The notes under the pieces were generated by a model. The model worked only from the letters and a program-made list of their open reading frames with translations, did not search any database and had not been told where the DNA came from. From Mobula hypostoma (taxonomy: Eukaryota): DNA of 64,000 nucleotides. Both the position numbers and the translations under genes were made by a program. This document shows positions 1-13,607 of this stretch, piece by piece. The stretch is from contig NC_086097.1 of the NCBI RefSeq assembly GCF_963921235.1, positions 139,190,001-139,254,000 on the forward strand, given 5' to 3'. Numbering within the stretch: position 1 is the first letter of the stretch; each line of letters starts with the position of its first letter.

Positions 1-370
1 ACTTGGATTGTTTACTCTTGAGTGGTGGAAGCTGAGTGGAGACCTGATAGAACCTTCAAGATTATGAGAGGCACATACAGAAAAATATCCAACATCTCCC
101 CCATAGGTCAAAACATCTAATACTAAAGAACCTGCATTTCTGGTGAAAGGGTGCAAGTTCAACACAGACCCAGAGTGGTGAGTTCCTGGATTACACTTCC
201 AGGGTTGCTAGTAGAGGCAAATACGATAGAGGCATTTAACAGTCTCTTATACAGGTACATCGATGAATCTTGTATCGGCAGACTGGACTAGTTCAGATAG
301 GCATTTAATTAGTTTGGTAGAACATCACATTCCAAAGAACCTCTTCCTGTGATGTACTATTCTATGTTGT
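1..370 (+). mobile_element. CR1-type LINE, degraded 3' fragment (cut by window start)
   Basis: Resembles the ORF2 C-terminus/3'UTR of other CR1 copies in the window and ends in a tactattctatgtt tail. Confidence 0.7.
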
Positions 371-2036
371 AAACTAACAAGAAAACTTGTTTACATTATC
401 TCCAATAGTCAACCTATTGTAAACCTGGAAATGTATTTGCAGTATACCATATCACAGATTCTAAAATATAAAACTGGCAAAGAAGTTTTGCTCAAAATAT
501 ACTATTGAGTTCTGCAAATTGATAACTGTTTTCCAAGGTCATTGACATTCAGATTCAAATTTATCACATGTAAATCAAAACATACAGTGAAATGTGTCAT
601 GTGCATAAACAACCAACACACCCAAGGATGTGCTGGGGACAGCCCACAAGTGTCATCACACATTTAAGCACCAACATTGCATGCTAACAACACCGAACAT
701 ACAAAGCAAGAAAGTAATGACGGCCAAATAAACACCATTACTCCCTCTTACCCACCCACCTTCACACATACACAGTCCCACAGTTTTTAATTAAGTCAGT
801 GACAACTGTGGCATACTCATTCAGGCTTGAAGATGACTTCCTGAACACAGTCCAGCCCACCAATTCAAAGCAGTCCTGTAAGCACTGCAGTGCTTCCCTG
901 GTCCATTCTTTCTTAGTCCTCACTACTGGTGCTGCAGTCTTCAGTCTCTGCCTATACTCAGGGTGTAGAAGTACAGCCAGGTGATTAGACTTAGCAAAGT
1001 GAGGGCATGGGATAGCACAGTAGGCATCTTAGTGGGGTCTTAGTGTAACATTGTTATGTGTGTTATTTCCTCTGGTACTACAGGTGATGTTGATAATAAT
1101 TATTTAGCGACTCTATCAAGCTGGAGGTCTTTTCCGAGAAGACATGAAGAATGAACAATTGCACCAGAGAGGCCACTGCGTCCAATGGTGCTGCCATCTT
1201 ATCAGAACTGTCCTCTACCTTCAATCAAACATAGTTACAATAAAAATTTAAATAAAATAGCCCAAGTCCCTGAGGGTCACAGCCTGCAGATTGATGATGG
1301 ATGAATGTTGTCCTGGAGCCAAGCTTCTGCACAAACAGCCTGCAACAGTTCCTCATGTTGTGCAGTCCAGCCACAATCTAATGCAACTCAGTTTGATTCA
1401 TTCTTGATTCATTCTTTCTTCCACTGAATGTACACTGCAGGGTAGCACTGAAGGGTAGCCTCCAACCCAATGCAGAATCCAGCTGCTCCTTCCTCGGCGG
1501 CCACAACAGGCAGCTCTGAGGCATGAATGCAACCTGGTCTACACCACAACCAAAGCCACACAGCTCCGCTGCTGACTGTCTCACCAATGAACCGGTATTC
1601 TACATTACCAACGTCCAACAGGTTCTTGCGATCACAGCAGGCACATCCAAGACAATTACCCACACATACAGCACCTATGACACCTTCTCCCTGGGTGGCT
1701 GAAGCAGTCTGTAACATGGCGCGCAAAAAGTCCAGGTTCACCACTATCCAGCAAGTCGCCAGTGGGATAAACCTGCGATACTTGATATTCCTGATAACCA
1801 GCAGTGTCTTGTGATCAAGAAAAAGACAAAGGATGAACAATTGCATCTTCGGTTGGACCCAGAGAGGCACTGCGTCGAGACTGCCTCCATCTTATCGGAA
1901 TTGTTCTCTACCTTCGAGCTTCAATCTAGAACTCCGTTTGTCCCCAGGGCTTCGATCTGAACTTCTGTTCAACCTTCGGGCTTTGACCTTCAGTATTGAC
2001 CCAGGAATCAATGATGCCGGCTCAGAGCCTGTGCAC

Positions 2037-2435
2037 GCTTGAGTTTAGAAGAGTGAGGGGTATCTGATGGAAAACTACCAAATATTGAAAGGCCTAGATC
2101 GAACAGACATGGGAGGATGTTTCCAATAGTGGAGAAGTCTAGGACCAGAGAGCAAAGCCTCAGAATTTCAGGACGTCCATTTAGAACAGAAATGATGAGG
2201 AATTTCTATAGTCAGACGGTGGTGAACCTATGGAATTCATTGGCTACAGATAGCTGTGTAGGCCAATCATTGGGTATATTTAAAGCAGAGGCTGATAGGT
2301 TCTTGATTAGTAAGGATGTCAAAGGTTTCAAAGGTTACAGGGAGAAGGCAGGAAAGTGGAGTTGAGAGGGAAAATAAATCTGCCATAATGGAACTGCAGA
2401 GCAGATTCTGCTCCTACGCCTTATGGTTTTATGAG
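2037..2435 (+). mobile_element. CR1 LINE 3' fragment
   Basis: ORF 2117-2365 (MFPIVEKSRTREQSLRISGRPFRTEMMRNFYSQTVVNLWNSL) matches the ORF2 C-terminus of the long CR1 at 33 kb. Confidence 0.8.
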
Positions 2436-3574
2436 TACCCTGGATGAGGACCAGAATTCCAGACCTCAAATTCCAGACTCACCAAATGATGGGGCCCTGA
2501 AAGCTAGCCCTTGAATTCCAGTCCCGCCAATGACGACACCCAAAAAGACCCGACATCCAACCACACCAGTGCCACTGGCCTTCAAACGTAGAGCAGAGGC
2601 TTAGACTCCGGCCTGTCCCCCAGTTCCCCCACATCTCTATCCTTAAGCCCTAACCTGACCCCTAACTCCCCTGTATGTCACAAAAACCATCTCTACGATT
2701 CTAAAAGCCAACCCAAAAGAAACTAAGGCTAAGCCACAACCGCAATGGAGACTGCAGCTTGGCGCCATCATGACTACATAATCTCTGTTTATAAATCAGC
2801 AATTAAAATGGAATACCTACACAAGGAAATTAATGACTAGCCTTAAGTTAGCATGCAAGCTGCACAAAGATGACATGGAACAAACAATTAAGTTATAATG
2901 GTCCACACTACCATTTATATTCTGGTTGCGTGAAGCTATCAAATGGTTCTTGATGAGAGTGATGATGACAGTGGACATGGTAGCAATAATGTGTAGTAGT
3001 TTAGGGAATTAAAGGTTTTTAAGACAAGTGGAAGTGGAGCAACTCAGACAGCTGCTTTACTGTAGTTGGTTTTGAGATTCTTGAGTGACATTGAGCACTT
3101 ATCCAAGTGACTGGAGAGCTTCCATTACACTCCTAATTTATATCCACTTTATAAATGGTGGAAACGTTTGGTAAATTCATTAAAAACTAAGTTTCCCACT
3201 GCTACATACACAGTATTTAGTTTTTTGTGAAAATGAAAAAGCAGATGCTGAAAATCCAAAATATAAACAAAAAACTGCAGAAACACTGAGCTAGTCGGGC
3301 AGCATCTGAGGAAAAAGAGATAACGTTTCAGGCTTGGGAGTCTATATCAGAAGTGAAAGGAAAGTAAAATGGCCTTAGACCTGAAACATCAACTGCTTCA
3401 CAATTAACAGATGCTGATTGACTGTTGAGTTTTTATAAACATTGTCTATTTCATCTGGTTCATTTGAATCTGAGTTTGATGGTGCCCATCCGTAATGTTC
3501 ATAGCAATTTTAATTAATTTAAAGCTTGCTGATTAGATTTTCTCATTACACAGCCATCGTGTGTGGAATCCGTC

Positions 3575-6500
3575 AGTCATAGTGACATAAAACACTGCAA
3601 CACAGAAAGAGGCCCTTTAGCCCATCTAGTCTCTGCCTAGTCCCATCGACCAGCACCCGGATAATCCCCTCCATACCACTCCCATCCATATACCTATCCA
3701 AATGTCTCTTAAATGTTGAAATTGACCCCGCATCTACCACTTCTGCAGGCAGCTCATTCCACACTTTCACCACCCTAAGTGAAGAAGTTTCCCCTCATGT
3801 TCCTCTTAAATATTTCACCTTTCACACTTAATCCATAACATCTAGCTGTAGTCTCACTCAGCTTCTCATAATTCTGTATATCAAATCTCCCCTCAATCTT
3901 CTATAGGGAATAAAGTAGGGAATAAAGTCTAACCTGTTCAACCTTCCCCTATAGACACGGTCACACCCTTGTAAATTTTCTCTGCACTCCTTTTTCAATC
4001 TTATTTACATCTTTCTTCAGGTAGGTGATCAAAACTGGACACAATACTCCAAATTAGGCCTCACCAGCATCTTCTACAATTTCAACACAACATCCTAACT
4101 CCTGTACTCAATACATTGATTTATGAAGGCTAATGTACCAGGTTTTCTTTATGACTGTCTGCCTGTGGTGCTACTTTCAAGGAATTATGGACCTGTATTC
4201 CTAAATCCCTCTGACATAGCGCACTCCTCAGTGCCCTACTCTTCACTGTGTAAGACATACCCTGGTTGTTCCTACCCAAAGTACAACACCTCATACTTGC
4301 CTGTATTAAATTCCATTTGCCATTTTTCAGTCCATTTTTCTAGCTGGTCCAGATCCCTCTGCAAGCTCTGATAGTCTTCTTCACTGTCCACTACACCCCC
4401 AATCTTGATGTCATCCACAAACTTGCTGATGCAGTTAACCACGTTATCATGCAGCTTGTTGATCATAAACGACAAACAACAACGGACCCAACACTGATAC
4501 CTGCAGCACACCGTGAGTCACAGGCCTCCAACGTTTAATCCAATTTACTACCTCATCTTCCATGCCAAGCAACTGATACTACTTGACAAACTCACATGTA
4601 GGGCCTGTTAAAGGCCTTGCTAAAGTCCATATACAAAACAACCACTGCCTTGCCTTCATCAACTTTCCTTTTTTTTTTGGTGCCTGCATGCATGTGCGAT
4701 GTTGGCGGGACGATGTCTTTTTCATGCCTTTACAAGGCGCAGAGTGAGTGAGAGAGAGAGACTGTGTGGTGCGCCACTCCTCACGCAGACATTTCGCAGT
4801 ATTTTTCCCTTTTATTTTACAAGGTCGAGTTGCACTCTCAACACGCAACCCGGCACGGATGGAAAGTGTACTCGGGAGCAGACCCGGCTGGGTTCGAACC
4901 CGGGAACCTCTGTTCCAGAGTCCGGCACTGATGCCATTGCGCCACCAGCCGGCCCATTAACTTTCCTATTATCTTCTTTGAAAAACTCTATAAAATTGGT
5001 TAGACACCACTTAACTTCGAATACCTTTCAATAATGTTCCCACTGCTGATGTCAGGCCCACAGGTCTACAATTTCCTGACTTGCTCTTAGAGCCCTTCTT
5101 AAACAATGGAATAACATTAGCTATCCTCCAATCATCCAGCACCTCACCCATGGTTAAGGATATTTTAAGTATCTCTGCTAGGGCTCCTGTAATTTCCGCA
5201 CTAGCTTTCCACAGAGTCCAGGGGAACACCCTGTCAAGCCCTGGGATTTTATCCATTCTAATTTGCCTCAAGACAGCAACTACCTCCTCCTCTAATCTGT
5301 ATAGTGTCCATGACCTTGCTGTTGCATTGCCTCACAGCTATAGACTCTGTGCCCATCTCCCCAGTAAATACAGATGAAAAAATCTATTTAAGATATTTCT
5401 CATCTCATTCGGCTCCGTGCATAGATAACTACTCTGATCTTCCGAGGATCAATTCCGTCCCTTGCTATCCTTTTTCTCCCAATATATCTGTAGAGGTCCT
5501 TAGTATTCTCCTTCACCTTGTCTGCTGGAACAAATTCGTGCATTCTTTTAGCCTTACTGATTTCCTTAAGTGTTATCTTGTATTTATTATACTCAAGTAC
5601 TTCATTTGTTCCTACCCACCAAGACCTGTCTCCTTCTTTTCCTTAACCAGGGCCTCAGAATCCCTTGACAACCAAGGTTCCCTAACTTGTTACCCTTGCC
5701 TTAACTCTGACAGGAACATACAAACTCTGTACTCTCAAAATTTCACTTTTCAAGGCTTCCCAACTAACAAGTATACCATTGCTAGAAAACAACCTGTCCC
5801 AATCCACACTCGCCAGATCCTTTCTGATACCATCAAAATAGGACTTGCTCCAATTTAGAATTTCAACCCGAGGACCAGACCTATCCTTTTCCATAATTAC
5901 CTTCAAGCTAATGATATTATGAGCACCAGATGCAAAGTGTTCCCCTACAAAAATTTTTGTCACCTTCCTTGTCTCATTTCCTTATAGAAGATCTAGTATC
6001 ACACACTCTCTAGTTGGGATTTCTGTATGCTGATTAAGGAAATTTCCTGAACACATTCGACAAACTCTTTCTCATCCAGCCGTTATACAGTTAATATGTG
6101 AAAGGTTAAGATCACCTATCATAAGTGTATGTTTCTTGCAACAGTCTGCTATCTCTACAAGTTTGCTCCTTTAAATCCCATGCGCTGTTGGGTGGTCTAT
6201 AATATAATTGCATTACCTTTCATATTACTCAATTCTCCCCATAAAGTCTCACTAAACGAGCTCTCCAGTCTGTCCTGACTGAGCACTGCCATGATACTTT
6301 CCCTGACTAGTAATGCCACACCTCTGCCTTTAATCTGTCCCACTCTATCATGTCTATAACACCCAACCCCAGAACATTGAGCTGCCAGTCTGCTCCTCCT
6401 GCAATCAAGTCTCACTAATGCCTTAAGCTCAGCCACCAACTACAATACACCTAGCACTGAAATACTTGCAGCTCGGAGCATTATTCCCGCCATGCTCAAC

Positions 6501-7520
6501 GTTTTGATTCCTGATTTGTATGTAGGCTTAGCAACATGCTTCTCCACTATCTGTTCTGGCACTCTGTTTCGCATTTCCCTGCAACTCCAGTTTAAAGCCC
6601 CAGCCCCCGTGCATCACAGCAAACCTTCCCACTGGGATATTAATCCCCTTCCAGTTCAGGTACAAAATGTCCCTTCTATACAGGTCCCATCTTCCCTGGA
6701 AGACAGCCCAATGATCCAAAATTCTGAAACCCTTCCTCCTACACCCAACTGCTTTGCCACATGTTAAACTGTAAGATCTTCCAATTGCTGGCCTCACTAA
6801 CACATAGCAGGGATAGCAATCCTGAGATCACAACCAAGGAGGTCCTGTTCTTTAACTTAGCATCTAACTCTCTGAACTCACTTTGCAGGACCTCATCACC
6901 CATCCCACCCATGTCACTGGTACAAACATAGATCACAATCTTGGCTGCTCACCCTCCCATTTAAGAATGCTGTGGACATGATCCAAGATGTCCCTGACCC
7001 TGGCAACCAGGAAACAACAAGCCATCAGGGAATCTTGATTTTGTCCACAGAACTTCCTTTCTGGTCCCTGAACCAACAAATCCCCTATCATTACAGTTAT
7101 CCTTCCCTACTGAGCTTCAAAACCAGACTCAGGGCCAGAAACCTGACCTCTGTGTCTTTCCCCCGCTAGGTCGTCCTCCTCCACCCCCAACAGTATCCAA
7201 AGTGGTATACCTGTTGTTAAGGAGTACAGCCACAGGGATGCTCTGCACTGGCTGCCTATCCCCTTTCCTCCTCCTGACGGTCACCCAGTTGTATGTGTCC
7301 TGTACCTGGGGTGTACCTACTTTCCTGTATATCGTGTCTATTAACCCTCAGTTTCCCAAATGATTTAGGATTCATCCGGTTCCAGCTCCAACTCCTTAAG
7401 AGGCCTGTTAGAAACTGCAGCTGGATTGCCTTCTTGCAGGTATAGTCGTCAGGGACCCTGCCTTCCCACGTCCTGCAAGAGAAGTATTTTATTATCCTGT
7501 CTAGCAACCCCACTGCTCCA
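3575..7520 (-). mobile_element. Near full-length, degraded CR1 LINE (ORF1 esterase + ORF2 EN/RT remnants)
   Basis: Collinear fragments: ORF1-like (6528-6936 VVISGLL, ILDHW), endonuclease (6197-6439 GRGVALLV), RT (5011-5271 WRIANVIPLFKKG; 4272-4511 KFVDDIKIGG), C-terminus (3573-3773 WNELPAEVV). Confidence 0.85.
4670..4954 (-). mobile_element. tRNA-derived SINE with poly(A) tail and 13-bp TSD
   Basis: The minus strand starts GGCCGGCTGGTGGCGCAATGG (A box), has GGTTCGAACCC (B box) and ends in an A-run. Flanks are catcaactttcct (4657-4669) and cattaactttcct (4955-4967). It interrupts a CR1 RT. Confidence 0.85.
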
Positions 7521-8269
7521 AATGTGCAATAAGAAAGAAAGAAAATAAGTAACAAAAAATCTATCTACACCTATGCCTCTCCTTGATCAGCCAAACCCTC
7601 AACTCCCCAGTCCAACACTAGCCCACTCAAACAATGACTGCTCCACTTACACCTAACTTAATTTTATTAGTCCCTGCCAAATGCCTAAATACATGCAATC
7701 CAATCTCTCCTCAGAAACTGTGGTGCACAAATAGTGCCAACAGCCTCTGCTCACTTCTTTTAAATTTCTCACCCTCTACATAATCCAGTGTCGCCTCAGG
7801 ACTGTGGCGTGCAGTAAGTGCTGACTGCCCCCACTTGCTTCTTTTGCACTCTATCGCCCTTTATGCAATCTGGTGTCTCCTTGGGGCTGTGGCACAAAAG
7901 GTGCTGCCTGGCCCCACTCATTTCTTTTAAACTCTCCATCTATGCAATCCGGTGTCTCCTCAGGACTGTCACTTGGGATATTATCATCAATTTACTGGAC
8001 CTTGTCTATATCTTGCTGCATAGGAGACATTCAAGACTTTCGAAATGGTTAGGCAGCAAATAGGAGATAGTTACTTCCTTCTGATCAAGTCAATGAAAAG
8101 GAGTCATAGAGCCATAGCACAGAAAAATGCCTCTTTGTCCAACTCATCCATATCGACTCCAATGTTTGAGTATGCCAACCCCATTTGTCTGTATTAGATC
8201 AATTATCTCCCAACTCCTTTCCAAGTACCCGTTCAAATGGTTTTTACACCATTGTAATTTTATCTGATT

Positions 8270-8590
8270 TTGAGATTAGCTTTATTTGTCACATGCACAT
8301 CAAAACATACAGTGAAATGCATTGTTTTGATTCAATGACCAACACCATCCAAGGATTTTGCTGGGCACAGCCCACAAGTGAAATTGCGCTTTCGACACCT
8401 ATATAGCATGCCCACAATTCACGAACACTAATTGTACATTTTTGGAATGTGGGAGGAAACCAGAGCACCTGGAGGAAATCCACAAGGTGACAGGGAGAAC
8501 GTATACTCCTTACAGAGTGGCCAGAATCAAACCCTGATCAGTGATTGCTGGTGCCGTAAAGTCATTGAACTAACTGCTACACTACCATGC
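8270..8590 (-). mobile_element. V-SINE/HE1-like SINE, degraded
   Basis: Contains the reverse complement of the V-domain-like core (tgtgggaggaaaccagagcacctggaggaaatccac), shared with the copies at 22980 and 51760. Confidence 0.65.
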
Positions 8591-8668
8591 CTTTACCACC
8601 TGTGATGGCAGCTCATTAAATTTAAAATCATCAGGATTTGAAGAGAATTCAAAATAAATTTCTTAATG

Positions 8669-9766
8669 CAACACACACAAAATGCTGGTGGAACGCAGCA
8701 GGGCAGGCAGCATCCATAGGAAGAAGCACAGTCGACGTTTCAGGCCGAGACCCTTCTTCAATCCTGATGAAGGGTGTTACATGCTCAAGGAGATTTGGTT
8801 TTTTTTGTGAGAATGCTGTAATGGTCTTTTGGAGGTCAGCTGATGTGATTTTCCCGCCGATGTGAGGTCACGTGATGACATGTGCCCCGTGACTATATAA
8901 GGGTCGACTCAGGTGACGCAGTAGGGTTTCTGAGTTTGTAGATTTCCCGGTAGAACGTGTTGTGCCTCTGGTTCTGTTGCGAGTTTGGTTTCGTGACGGT
9001 TTCATTTTTAAAACGGAAGGTGCGTTCTCTTACAAGATTTGTATTATTGAACTGGAAATTTGTGGCTGGAAGTGCCAATTCACTCAACTCCAAACAGTTT
9101 TGAAGGGAGAGTGAAGAATTCATCAAAGTGAAGGATCGAGAGGAGTCGGCATCGGTTGGCAGTTTAATAACGGATTGACCTTATTGAGTCTTCGTTGAAG
9201 AGAAGCTGCATTGAAATAACTCTTGCAATAAAGCAATGAGTTCATGCACCAAAAGGCTCTCTCTCTAAACAATTTAAGGTCAGTTGATTTAAACTGTTTA
9301 TTTTCGGCATCGGGAATCCTGTGGACAGAACCAGTAGTAAAGGTGCGTCAGTGAAGAAATCGTTCTCCAGAGAAGTCTCTCCCAATTGAATGCGTAAAAC
9401 TGTTGGACTTTTGAAGTTATCGCTTTAAGAACTGTATCTGACTGTATCGCTTTAAGAACTATTTTCGCATTTAACGCTTTAAGAACCAGAGCCGAGTGGA
9501 GTTGATGAACGGCTGCGTACCTGTTTAACCTCCAGTCAAAGTTTTCCTTTTTTTTCCCTTATCGTTTATATGTGTTTAATAAATGTTTGGTTGTTTTTAT
9601 AAAACCTGTCTCGATTAATATTCATTGTTGCCAGTTACGTAACAAGGGTCTCAGCCTGAAACGTCGACTGTACTTCTTCCTATGGGTGCTGCATGCCCTG
9701 CTGTGTTCCACCAGCATTTTGTGTGTGTTGCTTGAATTTCCAGCATCTGCAGATTTCCCAATGTTT
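8669..9766. mobile_element. Palindromic Penelope-like terminal element with minimal hammerhead motif, interrupted by a solo LTR
   Basis: 8669-8760 and 9645-9730 are reverse complements. The sequence matches the 3' end of the GIY-YIG element at 20840-20975. CTGATGA lies at 8764-8770 and GAAACGTCGACTG at 9658-9670. Confidence 0.8.
8775..9644 (+). mobile_element. Solo LTR (870 bp), Gypsy- or ERV-type
   Basis: TGTTAC...GTAACA termini, perfect 4-bp TSD AGGG (8771-8774 and 9645-9648), TATATAA at 8894-8900, AATAAA at 9578-9583. Removing it restores the host palindrome. Confidence 0.85.
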
Positions 9767-9984
9767 AAATTTTTTAATGCAGAGTTGATGATAAAGCTTG
9801 AAATATTTTCCACAAGTAATTCAAGTAGAGAATGACACAGGTATCACATAGATAAGTTCTCATAAATGGTCTGTTTTCTGCACCACAGTATATTATTGGT
9901 ACAATAAATCAGGAGGCTGCCTCATAAGAAATGATCAGCAATGTTTGAAAAAGTCAACATAGATCAAGGATCAAGACCGGTACC

Positions 9985-12900
9985 ATCATGACCATCGTTT
10001 TGGGGGATTTTAACCAGGTCAGCCTGACAAAGTCACTAAATAATTATCATCAAATATCACTTGTAGTACCAGAGGAAACAACACACTGGACCACTGTTAC
10101 ACCATCAAGAATGCCTACCGTGCTACTCCACGCCCCCACTTCGGAAAGTCTGATCACCTGGCTGTGCTTCTACTCCCTGAGTAGAGGCAGAGACTGAAGA
10201 CTGCAGCACCAGTAGTGAGGACCAAGAAAGCAAGGGCAAGGGAAGCACAGAAGCGCTTACAGGACTGCTTTGAATCAGTGGACTGGACTTGTATTCAGGG
10301 AATCATCTTCAAATTCATTTGAATGTGTTCAGGGAATCTTTGCAGTTGTTACCGCCTTCATTAAAACCTGTGCGGATGAGTGTATGCCTACAAAAACTTG
10401 CTGTACATTTCCAAACCAAAAGCCATGGATAGACCAGGAGGTTCATCACCTGCTGAGGGCCAGATCTATGACAGTCTGGTGACTCAGGTCTGTACAAGAA
10501 AACCAGGTATGACTTGTTGAAGGCTATTTCAAGAGCGAGGGACAATTCCAAGCGAGGCTGAGGACAACTTCGGATGCACGTCAACTCTGGCAGGGTTTGC
10601 AGGACACTACTTCCTACCAAGCAAACCCAACAGCATGAATAGCAGCGATGCTCCACTACCAGACGAGCTCAACTCCGTCTACGCCCACTTTGAAAGGGAG
10701 AATATAACTACAGCTGTGAAGATCCCGACTTCACCCAGTAACCTTGCGATCTTTGTCTAGCAGGCCGATGTTAGGCTGTCTTTAAGGAGGGTGAACCCTC
10801 ACAAGATGGCAGGCCCTGATGGAGTACCCAGTAAGGCTCTGAAAACTTGTGCTAACCAACTAATGGGAATATTCAAGGACATTTTCAACCTCTCATGCTA
10901 TGGGCAGAAGTTCAAAATGGCAACAATTATATCAGTATATAAGAAGAGTAGTGTGAGCTGCCTTAATGACTATCACCCAGTAGCACTCACACCTCCGGTA
11001 ATGAAATGCTTTGAGGGGTTGGTCATGGCTAGAATGAAGTCCTGCCTCAGCAAGGACCTGGACCCACTGCAATTTGCCAATCACAACAGATCTACGTCAG
11101 ACTCATTCTCAATGGTTCTTCATTCACCTGGACAAATCAAACACCCACGTCAGGATGCCATTCATTGACTATAGCTCAGCATTTAACACCATCATTCCCA
11201 CAGTCCTAATCGATAAGCTACAGAACCTGTAGATCATGTCTAACAAGCCTGATAGAGTTCTTTGAGGAGGTGACCAGGCATATAGATGAGGGTAGTGCAG
11301 TGGATGTGATCTATATGGATTTTAGTAAGGCATTTGACAAGGTTCCACATGGCAGGCTTATTCAGAAAGTCAGAAGGCGGGGGATCCAAGGAAGTTTGGC
11401 CAGGTGGATTCAGAATTGGCTTGCCTGCAGAAGGCAGAAGGTTGTGGTGGAGGGAGTACATTCAGATTGGAGGATTGTGACTAGTGGTGTCCCACAAAGA
11501 TCTGTTCTGAGCCCTCTACTTTTCGTGATTTTTATTAATGACCTGGATGTGGGGATAGAAGGCTGGGTTGGCAAGTTTGCAGACAACACAAAGGTTGGTG
11601 GTGTTGTAGATAGTTTAGAGGATTGTCGAAGATTGCAGAGAGACATTGATAGGATGCAGAAGTGGGCTGAGAAGTGGCAGATGGAGTTCAACCCGGAAAG
11701 AAGTAAATGGAGGATACTTGGTAGTGTGGAGGAGCAGAGGGATCTGGAGGTACATGTCCTCAGATCCCTGAAAGTTGCCTCACAGGTGGATAGGGTAGTT
11801 AAGAAAGCTTATGGGGTGTTAGCTTTCATAAGTCGAGGGACAGAGTTTAAGAGTCGCGGGGTAATGATGCAGCTCTATAAAACTCTGGTTAGGCCACACT
11901 TGGAATACTGTGTCCAGTTCTGGTCACCTCACTATAGGAAGGATGTGGAAGCATTGGAAAGGGTACAGAGGAGATTTACCAGGATGTTGCCTGGTCTAGA
12001 GAGTATGCATTATGATCAGAGATTAAGGGAGCTAGGGCTTTACTCTTTGGAGAGAAGGAGGATGAGAGGAGACATGATAGAGGTGTACAAGATATTAAGA
12101 GGAATAGATAGAGTGGATAGCCAGCGCCTCTTCCCCGGGGCACCACTGCTCAATACAAGAGGACATGCCTTTAAGGTAAGAGGTGGGAAGTTCTAGGGAG
12201 ATATTAGAGGAAGGTTTTTCACTCAGAGAGTGGTTGGTGCATGGAATGCACTGCCTGAGTCAGTGGTGGAGGCAGATTCACTAGTGAAATTTAAGAGACT
12301 ACTAGACAGGTATATGGAGGAATTTAAGGTGGGTGGTTTATATGGGAGGCGGGGTTTGAGGGTCGGCACAACATTGTGGGCTGAAGGGCCTGTACTGTAC
12401 TGTGCTGTACTATTCTATGTTCTATGTAACCTGGGCCTCTGAACCTCCTTCTGCAATTGGATCCTCGACTTCCTAACCAGAAGATCACAATCTGTACAGA
12501 TTGGTGATAATATCTCCTCCTCGCAGACCATCAACACTGCGCAACCCAGACGGGTGTGTGTTTAGTCCAATGCTGTTCTCACTCTATACCCATAAATGTG
12601 TGGCTAGGTATAGCTCAAATGCCATCTATAAATTGGCTGATGATACAACCATTGTTGGTAGAATCTCAGATGGAGATGAAAGGTTTACAGAAGAGAGATA
12701 CACCAGATAGCTGAGTAGTGTCACAGCAACAATCTTGCACTCGATGTCAGTAAGATGAAAGAGCTGATTGTGGACTTCCAGAAGGGTAAGACAAGGGAAC
12801 ATGAATCAATCCTCTTAGAGGGGTTGAAAGTGGAGTGAGCAATTTCAAGTTCCTGGGTGTCAAGATCTCTCAGGATCTAACCTGGTCCCAACATATTGAT

Positions 12901-13490
12901 GCAGCTAGAAAGAAGGCAAGACAGCAGCTATATTTCATTTGGAGCTTGAGGAGAACTGATTTGTCAACTAAAACACTCGAATACATCTAAACATGTACAA
13001 TGAAGATCATTCTGACAAGCTGCATCACTATCTCTGGTATGGGGAGGTTACTGCACCAGACTGTAAACTACAGAAAGTTGTAAAATTCATCAGCTCCACC
13101 TTGGATACCAGCCTTCATAGTATCCAAGATATCTCAGAAAGGCAACATCCATTATTAAGGGCCCCCATCGCCTAAGGCATGCCCTCTGGACATCAGGAAG
13201 GAGGTACAGAAGCTTGAAGGCACACACTCAGTGATTCAGGACAGCTTCTTCCCCTCTGCCACATGATTCCTAAATGAACACTGAACCCATGAGCACTACC
13301 TCACTTTTATTTATATATATTATTTGTCTTAGCACTATTTTAATCTATTCAATACACATATAATGTAATTGATACACTTAGTTATTTTCTTTTTTCCTTT
13401 CTATTTTCTCATGTATTGCATTGTACTGTCGTTACTAAATTAACAAATTTCAGGACACATGCTGGTGATAATAAACCTTTTTCTGATTCT
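9985..13490 (+). mobile_element. Rex1/Babar-like LINE, degraded, split by a younger CR1
   Basis: EN fragment (IVLGDFNQ), RT fragments (10791-11168 GPDGVP..LNDYHPVALT..MKCFE; 12501-12710 [18 protein letters not shown]), 3' end aataaac..ttctgattctg. Confidence 0.8.
11230..12427 (+). mobile_element. 5'-truncated CR1 LINE with open RT frame (ORF 11270-12196)
   Basis: [36 protein letters not shown]; (ttctatg)n tail; TSD AACCTG at 11224-11229 and 12428-12433. Confidence 0.9.
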
Positions 13491-13607
13491 GTGGGTTGCC
13501 TATTGAAACATGAAGAAAACACATAAAATAAATACATTTAGGATAAACTTGCATTCACTTTGCAATGCATCAGATCGCAAAGCACTTCCCAGTCAATTAC
13601 TTAAGAG

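Noticed and set aside
4880-4954. tRNA gene (also 51645, 55976, 60361)
   Set aside because: A/B boxes are present, but each runs into a SINE body or tail, two with clear TSDs, and I could not build a full cloverleaf.
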